Part shown: in pieces, positions 38,335 to 46,769 of the stretch
How the letters are laid out: each line of letters starts with the position of its first letter
Numbering within the stretch: the first letter of the stretch is position 1
Source: Bacteroidia bacterium
Lineage (GTDB): Bacteria; Bacteroidota; Bacteroidia; SpSt-205
Assembly (NCBI GenBank): GCA_025059535.1
Contig: JANXCX010000019.1
Location: 68,363 to 132,362, forward strand
Direction: 5' to 3'
Length of the DNA: 64,000 nt
Position numbers and translations under genes: made by a program
The notes under the pieces: model-generated
What the model saw: only the letters and a program-made list of their open reading frames with translations
Database searches by the model: none
Told to the model about the DNA's origin: nothing

Positions 38335-41037
38335 CTACCATATCAGCGCAAGGCCTACATTCCAGTTGCGTTGAAAGCCGTAGAAGAAACGCGCCGTGCT
38401 ACGGTCGTGCGTCCGCCCATCCAAAGCGGTTACAATGTAACGCGTGTTGAGCAGATTATGAACGTTTCCAAAGAAGCGCAAGCGCGTTTCTGAGCTTATA
38501 CTCACTTCATAGCCTGCGCCTATATCCATAAGCCCATAGCCGGGAATTCGCCACGGCTGGGCCCGATCGTTAGGATCCTGCCGTCCAAGAGGATCGTAAT
38601 CGGCCCAGAAACGGTCGTAGTAAAAGTAATTCACGAAAAAGTAAAGTGAGGGGGTAGGCGTAATACGAAGGACTCCACCTATTTGGGTTTGTGGGGCGCT
38701 CCCCACGCGCAGGCCTTTAATGTAGAGAGTAACCGTGTCTACGATTTGCTGATTATTATCGCGTACAAAGCCTGAGACGTCATCTTCCCACTTCCAGTCG
38801 CCGATGCTACCTATGGCGGAGAGGCGCAGCCAGGGGAGGGGCTGCAGGCCGAATTCGGCTTCCACTCCTCGGTGAAGGGCGGAAAGACCCGTAATGCGGG
38901 TTTGGGACACTAATCCCCCCGGCAGAGGTACGCTAAGCATAAGCGCCTTATCCCGCCAGTTTATCCAGTACGCGCCCACTTGAGCGGCCACTAGGCTGCT
39001 TTGCCAGCGCACGCCACCTTCTACCTGAAACACCTTCTCAACCGTGTAGGTACGGTCAATCTCATTCCCCGCCCGGTCATTGATAAAGACAAGGTTAAAG
39101 AAGGGCGGCCGGGTGAAATAGCCCCCATTGAGATACACTAAGCTTTGGTCCGTGATACGCAGGCCTATCCCCGCTTTGGTGGTGAAGGAAAAGATATTGA
39201 CATTAGGGGATAAAAGGGGTTGTACCTCTGGGCGGTAGCGGAAAAGCTCCTCGCGCCGGTAGGTGGTATTAGCTGCGGCCAGTACGACCGCTGCCGAAAT
39301 AGGGCCCCGATCATAGCGTGCCTCGCCAAAGCCCCCTATCCAGGTTACATAGGAACGGTAGTAATAATTCACCTTATCCCCTAAACGTGTAAGGCGCGCA
39401 TTCGGCAGCTGGACGGCTCGGCCATTTACCAGTATGCGCATCGGCTCGCCATTCCGCACATCAAAGGTATCTATCCAGAAATCGGCGCCAAATAGGTTAG
39501 TAAGCTCACGAAAGTGGGAAGCTACATAGGTGCGCACGTCTAAACCCGTATTGATTTCTAACGCCCCGAAACGTAGGTTGAGGGCAGAGATAGCCCCGTA
39601 CCAGTCGTGATAGTTAATGGAGTTTCGGTGTATCAGGAAAGCCGCTCGCCCAAAGACAGTATCGCCGGAAGCCCGAATAATGGTATCGCGGGGTTTAGTT
39701 AGATGGTCTGTGCGCACGCGGTCCCAATCAATAAGGCCTTCGGGTGTATAGGATAGGCGATAATTTCGCCGAGGATCATTTTGCCAGCTTGGGTGCCGGC
39801 TGAGAATACCCGACCCACCCCCACGCCCAAACGAGGCATATACCGAGGTGAGAAGTTGTATCCGCTCCGAAATATTCCAAAAGTGGCTGAGGCTAATAAG
39901 CGGCTTATGGTAGAAGTTGAGTAGATTGCTATATTTCTGACCTTGTAGATAGCCGTAGTCATAGTTGTGGAAGATGCTGCGCTTGAGCGTGTCTACATCG
40001 CGCTGCGTCAGATAGGTAAAGCGGTGATAGTGCCATTGAGGCGCTCCGAAAGCCTGAAGCATAAGGCGATGACGCGTGCCGATATTCTTAGAAATAGCCA
40101 CATAGTAGGTCCAAGAGCTGAGGTCCGTCCCTGGGACGTACCCGGGGCCTACGGCGCGATTACCCGCTAAGGTAACGGCCCACCCTTTCGGGCTTAGCCC
40201 CGAATGGTACGCAAACCCCAGCCGCGCCGAATACACATTAGAGGCCTCACTCGTTAGGATAAAGCGCCGCTCACTTTGAGGCGGCAGGGTGCGCAGATTA
40301 AGCGTGCCGCCAATAGAAGGCAGCACAATTCGGGCATTTCCCACACCCTTCTGCACTTGAACCTCATCTATTACATCCGTCAAGCCTATCCAGTTAGACC
40401 AGTAAATCCGCGCATTTTCCATGTCGTTGACGGGTATGCCATTTATTTGTACGGCGATATTTTCCTGGCTAAAGCCACGCAGGTTTATGCGGGAGTCTCC
40501 CCAGCCCCCCCCTTCGCGTGAGGCATAAACAGAGGGGGAAAAGCGCATGGCCTCGGTAACCTCCTGAGAGCCCCGCATTTCTATTATCTGGCGCGAATCC
40601 ATGCGCGTGAAGTTGAGCGGGGTGAGAAGGGTATTTGCGGTGGAAGCCACGATGAGCACTTCTTTCATCGCCACGCCGGACGGCTTGAGTTCTATGTTTA
40701 TCCCCTTCTCCACCTCGCTAAGGGGTAAAACTTTCTCTTCGTAGCCTATATAGGTGATGAGTAATTTGGGATCTTGGGGGGCTTCCTTGGGGTTGAAGCT
40801 AAACGCAAATCGGCCATCCAACTGGCTGAGCGTGCCATAGTCGGTGCCTAAGAGGCGAATCATAGCGCCCGCCAGGGGTTCTTTAGTTTCAGCATCCCGG
40901 ATCCACCCACGCACCTCAATAGCCGTCTCCTGACGACTGACGGTGCTAAGGCGCTCCGTACTTATAAGGCCGCGCACAAGGCGCTCTTCCTGGGCCCAAA
41001 GCCCGGCTACTAAGGCAAGGATACCTAAGCGTATCAT
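38335..41037 (-). CDS. TonB-dependent receptor (CarboxypepD_reg N-domain + plug + 22-strand barrel)
   Basis: Signal peptide MIRLGILALVAGLWAQ. CarboxypepD_reg-like region (IRDAETKEPLAGAMIRL). Plug then barrel with a C-terminal aromatic residue (...VGLALIW). The ORF-track start at 41088 is probably 17 codons too early. Confidence 0.85.
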   Translation of the reverse strand: MIRLGILALVAGLWAQEERLVRGLISTERLSTVSRQETAIEVRGWIRDAETKEPLAGAMIRLLGTDYGTLSQLDGRFAFSFNPKEAPQDPKLLITYIGYEEKVLPLSEVEKGINIELKPSGVAMKEVLIVASTANTLLTPLNFTRMDSRQIIEMRGSQEVTEAMRFSPSVYASREGGGWGDSRINLRGFSQENIAVQINGIPVNDMENARIYWSNWIGLTDVIDEVQVQKGVGNARIVLPSIGGTLNLRTLPPQSERRFILTSEASNVYSARLGFAYHSGLSPKGWAVTLAGNRAVGPGYVPGTDLSSWTYYVAISKNIGTRHRLMLQAFGAPQWHYHRFTYLTQRDVDTLKRSIFHNYDYGYLQGQKYSNLLNFYHKPLISLSHFWNISERIQLLTSVYASFGRGGGSGILSRHPSWQNDPRRNYRLSYTPEGLIDWDRVRTDHLTKPRDTIIRASGDTVFGRAAFLIHRNSINYHDWYGAISALNLRFGALEINTGLDVRTYVASHFRELTNLFGADFWIDTFDVRNGEPMRILVNGRAVQLPNARLTRLGDKVNYYYRSYVTWIGGFGEARYDRGPISAAVVLAAANTTYRREELFRYRPEVQPLLSPNVNIFSFTTKAGIGLRITDQSLVYLNGGYFTRPPFFNLVFINDRAGNEIDRTYTVEKVFQVEGGVRWQSSLVAAQVGAYWINWRDKALMLSVPLPGGLVSQTRITGLSALHRGVEAEFGLQPLPWLRLSAIGSIGDWKWEDDVSGFVRDNNQQIVDTVTLYIKGLRVGSAPQTQIGGVLRITPTPSLYFFVNYFYYDRFWADYDPLGRQDPNDRAQPWRIPGYGLMDIGAGYEVSISSETRLRFFGNVHNLLNTRYIVTALDGRTHDRSTARFFYGFQRNWNVGLALIW

Positions 41038-41131
41038 AAAAACCTCCCATGGCAAAGTTAAAGAAAATGCCCCACCTTTCCATGACAACCAAGTGGAAAG
41101 CGGTTTGGGGGAAAAGTTTTACTTTTGTCTT

Positions 41132-41204
41132 GCCCGCTTAGCTCAGCGGTTAGAGCATCTGGCTGTTAACCAGAGGGTCGCAGGTTCGAATCCTGCAGCG
41201 GGCG
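41132..41204 (+). tRNA. tRNA-Asn (anticodon GUU)
   Basis: Acceptor gcccgct/agcgggc. D-arm tagctcagcggttagagc. Anticodon loop ctGTTaa. T-arm gcaggttcgaatcctgc. 73 nt. Confidence 0.85.
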
Positions 41205-43076
41205 CTTAGCGTGCCAGCGCACGCGCCAGCCATCCACCATCTGTAGTTTGCCTTCGGCTAAAAATTCTTCCAAAAGGGCTTCCGCTTTGCCGGGGAAGAG
41301 CTGCTGAAGCTTTTGTTTGAGCTCAGCCGGGAAGCAAGGTTGCTGAGCTTTTTCGCTGAGCCAGGCGGCGGCTTGCGCCTTTTCAGCTTCTGAAGGACGC
41401 TGCGGCTGATAGTAGCCTCGGCAGACATCACACTGCCCACAAGGCCCTATAAACTCCTCAAAGTAGCGTAAGAGGTACTGAGGGCGGCAGGTTTCGCGCT
41501 GCTGGTAGTAGCCTAACATGAAGCGCCCGCGCAGTTGGGCCTGACGCTGAAGAATATGATACTTATGGCGCAGAGCTTCCCACTCCTCCGCCGAAGGGGC
41601 CTGGGGCCTTAGAGAAACCTCCTCTACTCCCGCTGGTAGAGCCTCATGGGTAAGCCAACCGCGCCGGCGCAAGGCCTCCAGACCCTCATAAAGCGCCTCA
41701 TACGAAATCTGAAGCTGATAGGCCCACTCGGCTAAGTCCGCATAAACCCCTTCTTGAAAAAGCGCCGCCCCCCCCAACCGTACAATCCACCGATCCAAGG
41801 CTACTGGCGTATCCTGCCACCGCTCGGCAGGTATCAGGCTGCGCAGATAAGAACGGCTGCTCCGCTCACTATGCCAAGTAAGGAAACCCTCTTGCTCAAG
41901 GAGATGGAGCGCTCGACGCAAAGCATATGGCGCAAGCGCCACCTGCCGACTAAGCTCCGTAAGCTCCAGCTGTAACTTGCCCGAGGCAGCCCAAAGCTGA
42001 CGCAGCCGCTCATATAGGCGCAAAAGTTGATGGTAGGGGGGATACTTCTCTTGCAGTCGGCGCCATAGAGCCTCCCCATCGCTTGGAGAGAAAAGCGCAA
42101 TAGCATACGCTAGCGCCCCATCGCGTCCAGCCCGACCCACCTCTTGGAGATAGGCCTCTGGTTCCAGCACTATGTCATAATGCAGTACGAAGCGCGTATT
42201 GGGCTTGTCTATGCCCATACCAAAGGCCGTAGTAGCCACAATAAGGCGGGTCTCTTCGGAAAGCCAGCGCGCCTGCACCGCGGCCCGAAGCGTCGCCGGC
42301 ATGCCCGCATGATAGGCCTCTGCGGAAAATCCCCACTGACGCAAGCGCTCCGCTAATTGTAACGCCCTGCGCCGCGCCCCCACATAGATAATCCCAGAAC
42401 CCTCCAATTTACGCAGGCTTTGATAGAGCCGCTTGTCTTTATCTACGTCATAAACGACCGCATAGTAGAAATTTTTCCTGTAGAAAGGCTGCTGTATGAC
42501 AACGGGATTTTGAAGGCTTAGGTAGGTGATAATATCTTTTTGCACGCGGGCAGTAGCCGTGGCGGTGAGCGCTATCCAGCGTGCCTGAGGGAGTAAGGGG
42601 CGCAGCGCACCAATTTGAAGGTAAGCCGCTCGGAAATCATGCCCCCATTGACTGATGCAATGCGCCTCATCCACCGCCACCAGGCGAATGTCTAATTCAG
42701 TCAGCCGCTGGCGAAACTCAGGCAGGCATAGCCGCTCAGGAGCAACATACAGAAAACGGAAGGTCTCAAGCTCCCTGAGAAGTTTCGCCCGTAGAAGAGG
42801 GGGCAGACCGCTTTCTAAAGCCACGGCGGGGATACCCCGTCGCTGTAGCGCCTCCACCTGATCGCGCATCAGCGCAATAAGGGGAGAAACCACCAGAGTA
42901 AGCCCTCCCAGCACTAGGCCAGGCACTTGATAACAGAGAGATTTACCGCCTCCTGTGGGCAAAAGGGCGAGCACCTCACGCCCAGCCAATAAGGCCTCTA
43001 TAGCCGCCGCCTGGGCGGGTCGGAAATCCGGATAGCCCCAATACTGCCGCAGCACAGCACGCGCCGCCTCCACCAT
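41166..43076 (-). CDS. recQ: ATP-dependent DNA helicase RecQ
   Basis: 636 aa. YWGYPDFRPAQAAAIEALLAGREVLALLPTGGGKSLCYQVP (motif 0/I), DEAH box VDEAHCISQWGHDFR. RQC zinc-finger Cys cluster. HRDC-like C-terminus. The last 39 nt overlap tRNA-Asn on the opposite strand. Confidence 0.85.
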   Translation of the reverse strand: MVEAARAVLRQYWGYPDFRPAQAAAIEALLAGREVLALLPTGGGKSLCYQVPGLVLGGLTLVVSPLIALMRDQVEALQRRGIPAVALESGLPPLLRAKLLRELETFRFLYVAPERLCLPEFRQRLTELDIRLVAVDEAHCISQWGHDFRAAYLQIGALRPLLPQARWIALTATATARVQKDIITYLSLQNPVVIQQPFYRKNFYYAVVYDVDKDKRLYQSLRKLEGSGIIYVGARRRALQLAERLRQWGFSAEAYHAGMPATLRAAVQARWLSEETRLIVATTAFGMGIDKPNTRFVLHYDIVLEPEAYLQEVGRAGRDGALAYAIALFSPSDGEALWRRLQEKYPPYHQLLRLYERLRQLWAASGKLQLELTELSRQVALAPYALRRALHLLEQEGFLTWHSERSSRSYLRSLIPAERWQDTPVALDRWIVRLGGAALFQEGVYADLAEWAYQLQISYEALYEGLEALRRRGWLTHEALPAGVEEVSLRPQAPSAEEWEALRHKYHILQRQAQLRGRFMLGYYQQRETCRPQYLLRYFEEFIGPCGQCDVCRGYYQPQRPSEAEKAQAAAWLSEKAQQPCFPAELKQKLQQLFPGKAEALLEEFLAEGKLQMVDGWRVRWHAKRPLQDSNLRPSG

Positions 43077-43085
43077 ACCACCACC

Positions 43086-45989
43086 TCAGCGCAACGCCGG
43101 GTCGTACACTACCTGGAAGTAGTACAGCCCACCTATCCGAGGCCCACCCGGAAATTGCACATACCGAATATTCAGCACATTCTGACCGCCTACCCGAAAT
43201 TGGAGCTTCCACTTAGGCACGGTGTAGGAGACCTGAGCGTCTAGCCACTGCACCGCTGGTACTCGGCCCTGAACAAATCCCTCCATTACAAATGCATCTA
43301 TCCAGCGGTAATTCAGGCTACCCCCCCAAGGTCCAAACCCTGAAAGATAAAGGGCGCTGCCAAACTTATGCCGCGGCGTATTGAAGTTGGGTAGGAGCGA
43401 AGGGTCATCCGCTTCCCGCAGGGTCAGCGCAGCATAACTGTAAGAGCCAGTCCATAAAATCTTCTGCGTAATAGCGTATTCTATACTTACAGCGCCAAAA
43501 TCGGCATACACTACATCGGAAGCATTAGAAGCGGTATTGTACGTGTAGTAGCGCCCCTCCCGCAGATTAACAAGGCCTTCATAGGTAGATGGATCCACAT
43601 TAGAGAGGGCTATAGGCTTAGTTGTACCGGTTTCGTAGGTGGGCTGAGACGAAACTACCCGCCGATATAGAATAAAGTCCCGATAGTAGGCGCGCGCAAA
43701 TTCCGCATCTATGTAAAGCCCTTTAAGGATTTGAAAGCGGCCCCCTATTTCGGCCTGCCGAATAAATTCAGGGCGTATGAGCTCGCGCGACACGAATCTA
43801 AGATGTTGAGCAGCCAAAGCCGCCAAAGTGGCGCTATCCTGCACACCTTCAGCGGCTCTTCGGTAAGCGGCTACGGAAGCCGGCGTAAGCATAACCCTAT
43901 CTAACCCATAAATACTACGCGTGCGACTTGTACCACCTAAAGTAATTTCCCGAAAGCCTATGTCCAAGGCAATAAATTGATCCTGTAGGGTAGGTATGCG
44001 GAAACCCGTCTGATAAGAGATGCGGAGGCTATGCTGTCTCTCTGAACCAAAGGCATATAGCAAAGCCACCCTTGGCGTAAAGCGGCCTTGGAAATATTGA
44101 TTCTTATCATAGCGGATAGAACCTAAAAGGCGCAGGTGCCGATTAAAAAGCCAGCGATTCCCCTGAAGGAAAACCCCATATTCATGCGTAAAGAAAGGGC
44201 CTTCATAATCTATAAAAAGCGTACCGCGTGTATTAATACGGAAGAGGCGAACGTTGGCGCCTCCTACTAACTCTATCCAGCGGCCCAACCAGTCAGAGAA
44301 GTCATATTGGACTTCGCCGTGGTAGAAGGAGGAGCGATCAAATAGGCCAGCTTGGTATTGCACGCGGTAGGGACCGCTATTCACTTCTTTCAAGGCTCGG
44401 GAAAACTCGGGGGTGCCAGGCTCCGGACGAGGCGAAAAGGTACCCGGCCTAAAACCTATTAGCGGAGCTATAGCGTTATAGAAGTCGGACACCCGTGCCG
44501 TATCTGCATAGCGGCGCGCCGCCTCATGGGAGCCATAAAGCGCATAGCCCTCATGGTAGAAAATCATCCAAGCAGGTGTAGGTTTAGCCCGCTCGTTCAG
44601 GAAAATGCCCGTAAATCGACTATCATAGGTAGCTCCTGGACTTTCCCAACTTCCGTAGGCGCGCGCAAAAAAGCGGCGTCCGCGCAGTTCTAACTTATGC
44701 TGATGAAAATAGGCATCTTTTATAATATTTCGGTTAGCAGCTTGATACACTGTGTTTCCATTTACTAGAAAGCTACGCCAAGATAGCTCTAAATTCTCAT
44801 TCAGAAAATACTGCCATTGGAGTGTATATTTTTGGAGAAAAATTGTCGGGTCTACAAGGTCGCGATCACGGTAGCCCGTGCGTGCTACGTAAAAGCGCTC
44901 TCTTATACCCAGGAGAGTGGGAAGAGGCTCTAAGTCGCTATTAAGTACTCGCACCTCGTCGCCATACAGATTGACCCCGTTGTAGCCTGGATTATTTACG
45001 CCAGGGATAGCATAGATGGAGTCGGCGCCTGCATAGGTGCCTTGATCGGTGTAGTCTATGCTTAGCCAGTCGGTCGCGCGCAAATACTCCGCCACAAGCT
45101 TGAGTGAGAAGCGGTCCCCAAATGTGTGGGCATAGCGCGCGGCAAAATGCAGATACGGCTGCGGCGTTGTGTCCGAAGCGATGTGATTTACGCCGAGCCG
45201 TAACGAAGCGCCTAAGCCCCGATAGCGTCGCGGCTGACGCGTAAAGAATTCTATAAATCCATTGAAAGCGTTAGGTCCGTAGAGAGCGGAAGCTGGTCCT
45301 GCGGTAACCTCCACGGCTTCTATGTCAATATCAGGCGGCGAGGAAAGCATACCTACGGGACAACCTAACACGGGCGCTAGCATCTCTATTCCATCTATCC
45401 GCTGTACCACGCGCGAATTTCCCGGTTGGTTGAAGCCACGCATGCCAATAGAGGGAAAACTGAGGGACTGGTAGTTAACATCCACGTTCTTCATCGTGCT
45501 GAGCTGTTGGAAAATGTTGGCGGCAGCGCCGAGTTGGAGCTCACGCAGGCCCATCCGCATTACCGTTACGGGCGCCTCCAATACCGCTTCAGGCACGCGA
45601 CTCGTGGTGATCACTACCTCCTTCATAGCCAATCCACCTGGGCGTAGAGATATTTCTGCCTCCTTATGGGGCTCTATGGCTACTTCGGCATTTTCATAGC
45701 CTATGTAGGAGACTTCCACGCGAAAGGGCGGTGAACCTAGAGTACTGAGCTGAAAGCGCCCTTGGGCATCGGAAACCGTCCCCATCAGCGAACCTTTTAG
45801 CCGGATGTAAGCCCCGGGCAGCGGCTCACCCGATTCCGCATCACGCACGATACCTTGAAGGCGATAACCTTGAGGCGAAGGGGAGCGCCCGACTTCAGAG
45901 GCCTGTTGTGGCCGCCCGTCTGGCCTCTGCCGCTCTTCCTGAGCCCAGGCCCACCCTACTACAGCAAGTATACCTAACCACAACTTCAT
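43086..45989 (-). CDS. TonB-dependent receptor (CarboxypepD_reg + plug + barrel)
   Basis: Start placed at MKLWLGILAVVGWAWAQ (signal peptide). GIVRDAESGEPLPGAYIRL CarboxypepD_reg. Plug with the TonB-box region. C-terminal ...YDPALR barrel. Confidence 0.85.
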   Translation of the reverse strand: MKLWLGILAVVGWAWAQEERQRPDGRPQQASEVGRSPSPQGYRLQGIVRDAESGEPLPGAYIRLKGSLMGTVSDAQGRFQLSTLGSPPFRVEVSYIGYENAEVAIEPHKEAEISLRPGGLAMKEVVITTSRVPEAVLEAPVTVMRMGLRELQLGAAANIFQQLSTMKNVDVNYQSLSFPSIGMRGFNQPGNSRVVQRIDGIEMLAPVLGCPVGMLSSPPDIDIEAVEVTAGPASALYGPNAFNGFIEFFTRQPRRYRGLGASLRLGVNHIASDTTPQPYLHFAARYAHTFGDRFSLKLVAEYLRATDWLSIDYTDQGTYAGADSIYAIPGVNNPGYNGVNLYGDEVRVLNSDLEPLPTLLGIRERFYVARTGYRDRDLVDPTIFLQKYTLQWQYFLNENLELSWRSFLVNGNTVYQAANRNIIKDAYFHQHKLELRGRRFFARAYGSWESPGATYDSRFTGIFLNERAKPTPAWMIFYHEGYALYGSHEAARRYADTARVSDFYNAIAPLIGFRPGTFSPRPEPGTPEFSRALKEVNSGPYRVQYQAGLFDRSSFYHGEVQYDFSDWLGRWIELVGGANVRLFRINTRGTLFIDYEGPFFTHEYGVFLQGNRWLFNRHLRLLGSIRYDKNQYFQGRFTPRVALLYAFGSERQHSLRISYQTGFRIPTLQDQFIALDIGFREITLGGTSRTRSIYGLDRVMLTPASVAAYRRAAEGVQDSATLAALAAQHLRFVSRELIRPEFIRQAEIGGRFQILKGLYIDAEFARAYYRDFILYRRVVSSQPTYETGTTKPIALSNVDPSTYEGLVNLREGRYYTYNTASNASDVVYADFGAVSIEYAITQKILWTGSYSYAALTLREADDPSLLPNFNTPRHKFGSALYLSGFGPWGGSLNYRWIDAFVMEGFVQGRVPAVQWLDAQVSYTVPKWKLQFRVGGQNVLNIRYVQFPGGPRIGGLYYFQVVYDPALR

Positions 45990-46027
45990 ACTTCCCAAAG
46001 ATATCAAGAAAAGAGCTTGGATTAACC

Positions 46028-46055
46028 GCGTATTTTTGCCTGCGTATTTTTGCCT
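46028..46055 (+). promoter_or_regulatory. Tandem 14-bp direct repeat (GCGTATTTTTGCCT x2), each carrying a TATTTTTG -7-type promoter box, ending 2 nt before the sodA ATG
   Basis: Perfect duplication read directly. The motif matches the Bacteroidota sigma-A -7 consensus TAnnTTTG and the box upstream of tRNA-Ser. Confidence 0.5.
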
Positions 46056-46057
46056 GG

Positions 46058-46768
46058 ATGAATCGCCGCCAGTTCCTAGGGGTTTTGGGGGCACTTACCT
46101 GGATGGGGCTGAGCCGGCGACCTTTCGGTTGGTCTCTGGCCTCCGAGGCTGAAACCTACCCCTTTCGCCTGCCCCCCTTACCTTACCCTTATGAAGCGCT
46201 AGAACCTCATATAGATGCCCGTACCATGCAAATTCACCACCAGGGCCATCACCAAACCTACGTGCAAAATCTCAACAAAGCCTTAGAGGAGCTCCCCCAG
46301 TTTCAAAGCTGGGAATTGGAGCGTCTTCTTAGCCATTTGTCTGATGTACCTTCCTCTCATCGCACCACCATTCAGAATAATGGCGGGGGACACTGGAATC
46401 ATAGCTTCTTTTGGCGGATTCTTTCCCCTACCCCTTCTGAACCTTCTAAGGCGCTTCAAGCAAGATTAGAAAAGGTTTTTGGGAGTTGGGCGGCTTTTCG
46501 GGCTAAATTTTTAGATACCGCAGCTCAGCTTTTTGGTTCGGGCTGGGTGTGGCTCGTACAGACTCCTAGGGGTGACCTCTCCATAGTCCCCACAGCTAAT
46601 CAGGACAATCCCCTTATGCCCCATATCACCCCCCAGGGCAAGCCTATCTTGGGGATAGATGTATGGGAGCATGCGTATTACCTCAAGTACCAAAATCGCC
46701 GCACCGAATATTTAGCCGCTGTGTGGCAAGTCATTAATTGGGCGCAGGTGGAAGCCCTTTTAGGCTAA
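46058..46768 (+). CDS. sodA: Fe/Mn superoxide dismutase with a twin-arginine (Tat) signal peptide
   Basis: MNRRQFLGVLGALTWMGLS Tat-like leader. SOD motifs HHQGHHQTY, FNNGGGHWNHSFFW, DVWEHAYY. Start placed at the internal Met, not the ORF-track 45908. Confidence 0.85.
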   Translation: MNRRQFLGVLGALTWMGLSRRPFGWSLASEAETYPFRLPPLPYPYEALEPHIDARTMQIHHQGHHQTYVQNLNKALEELPQFQSWELERLLSHLSDVPSSHRTTIQNNGGGHWNHSFFWRILSPTPSEPSKALQARLEKVFGSWAAFRAKFLDTAAQLFGSGWVWLVQTPRGDLSIVPTANQDNPLMPHITPQGKPILGIDVWEHAYYLKYQNRRTEYLAAVWQVINWAQVEALLG

Positions 46769-46769
46769 A

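Noticed and set aside
40505-40512. C8 homopolymer in the first TonB-dependent receptor (G8 on the coding strand, EGGGWG). Similar G7 runs occur at 54827-54833 and 43321-43327.
   Set aside because: They encode Gly/Trp codons in a GC-rich genome and are shorter than the C9 tract. Not obviously beyond expectation for this base composition, so reported only as background.
40943-41209. 88-aa plus-strand ORF
   Set aside because: Its 3' half is the tRNA-Asn gene itself, read as protein (LAQRLEHLAVNQRVAGSNPAAGA). It also overlaps the TonB-receptor start on the other strand.
45908-46057. Upstream 50-codon extension of the sodA ORF
   Set aside because: The extension covers the tandem promoter repeats and the divergent receptor promoter. 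The internal Met is followed by a classic RRxFLG Tat leader.
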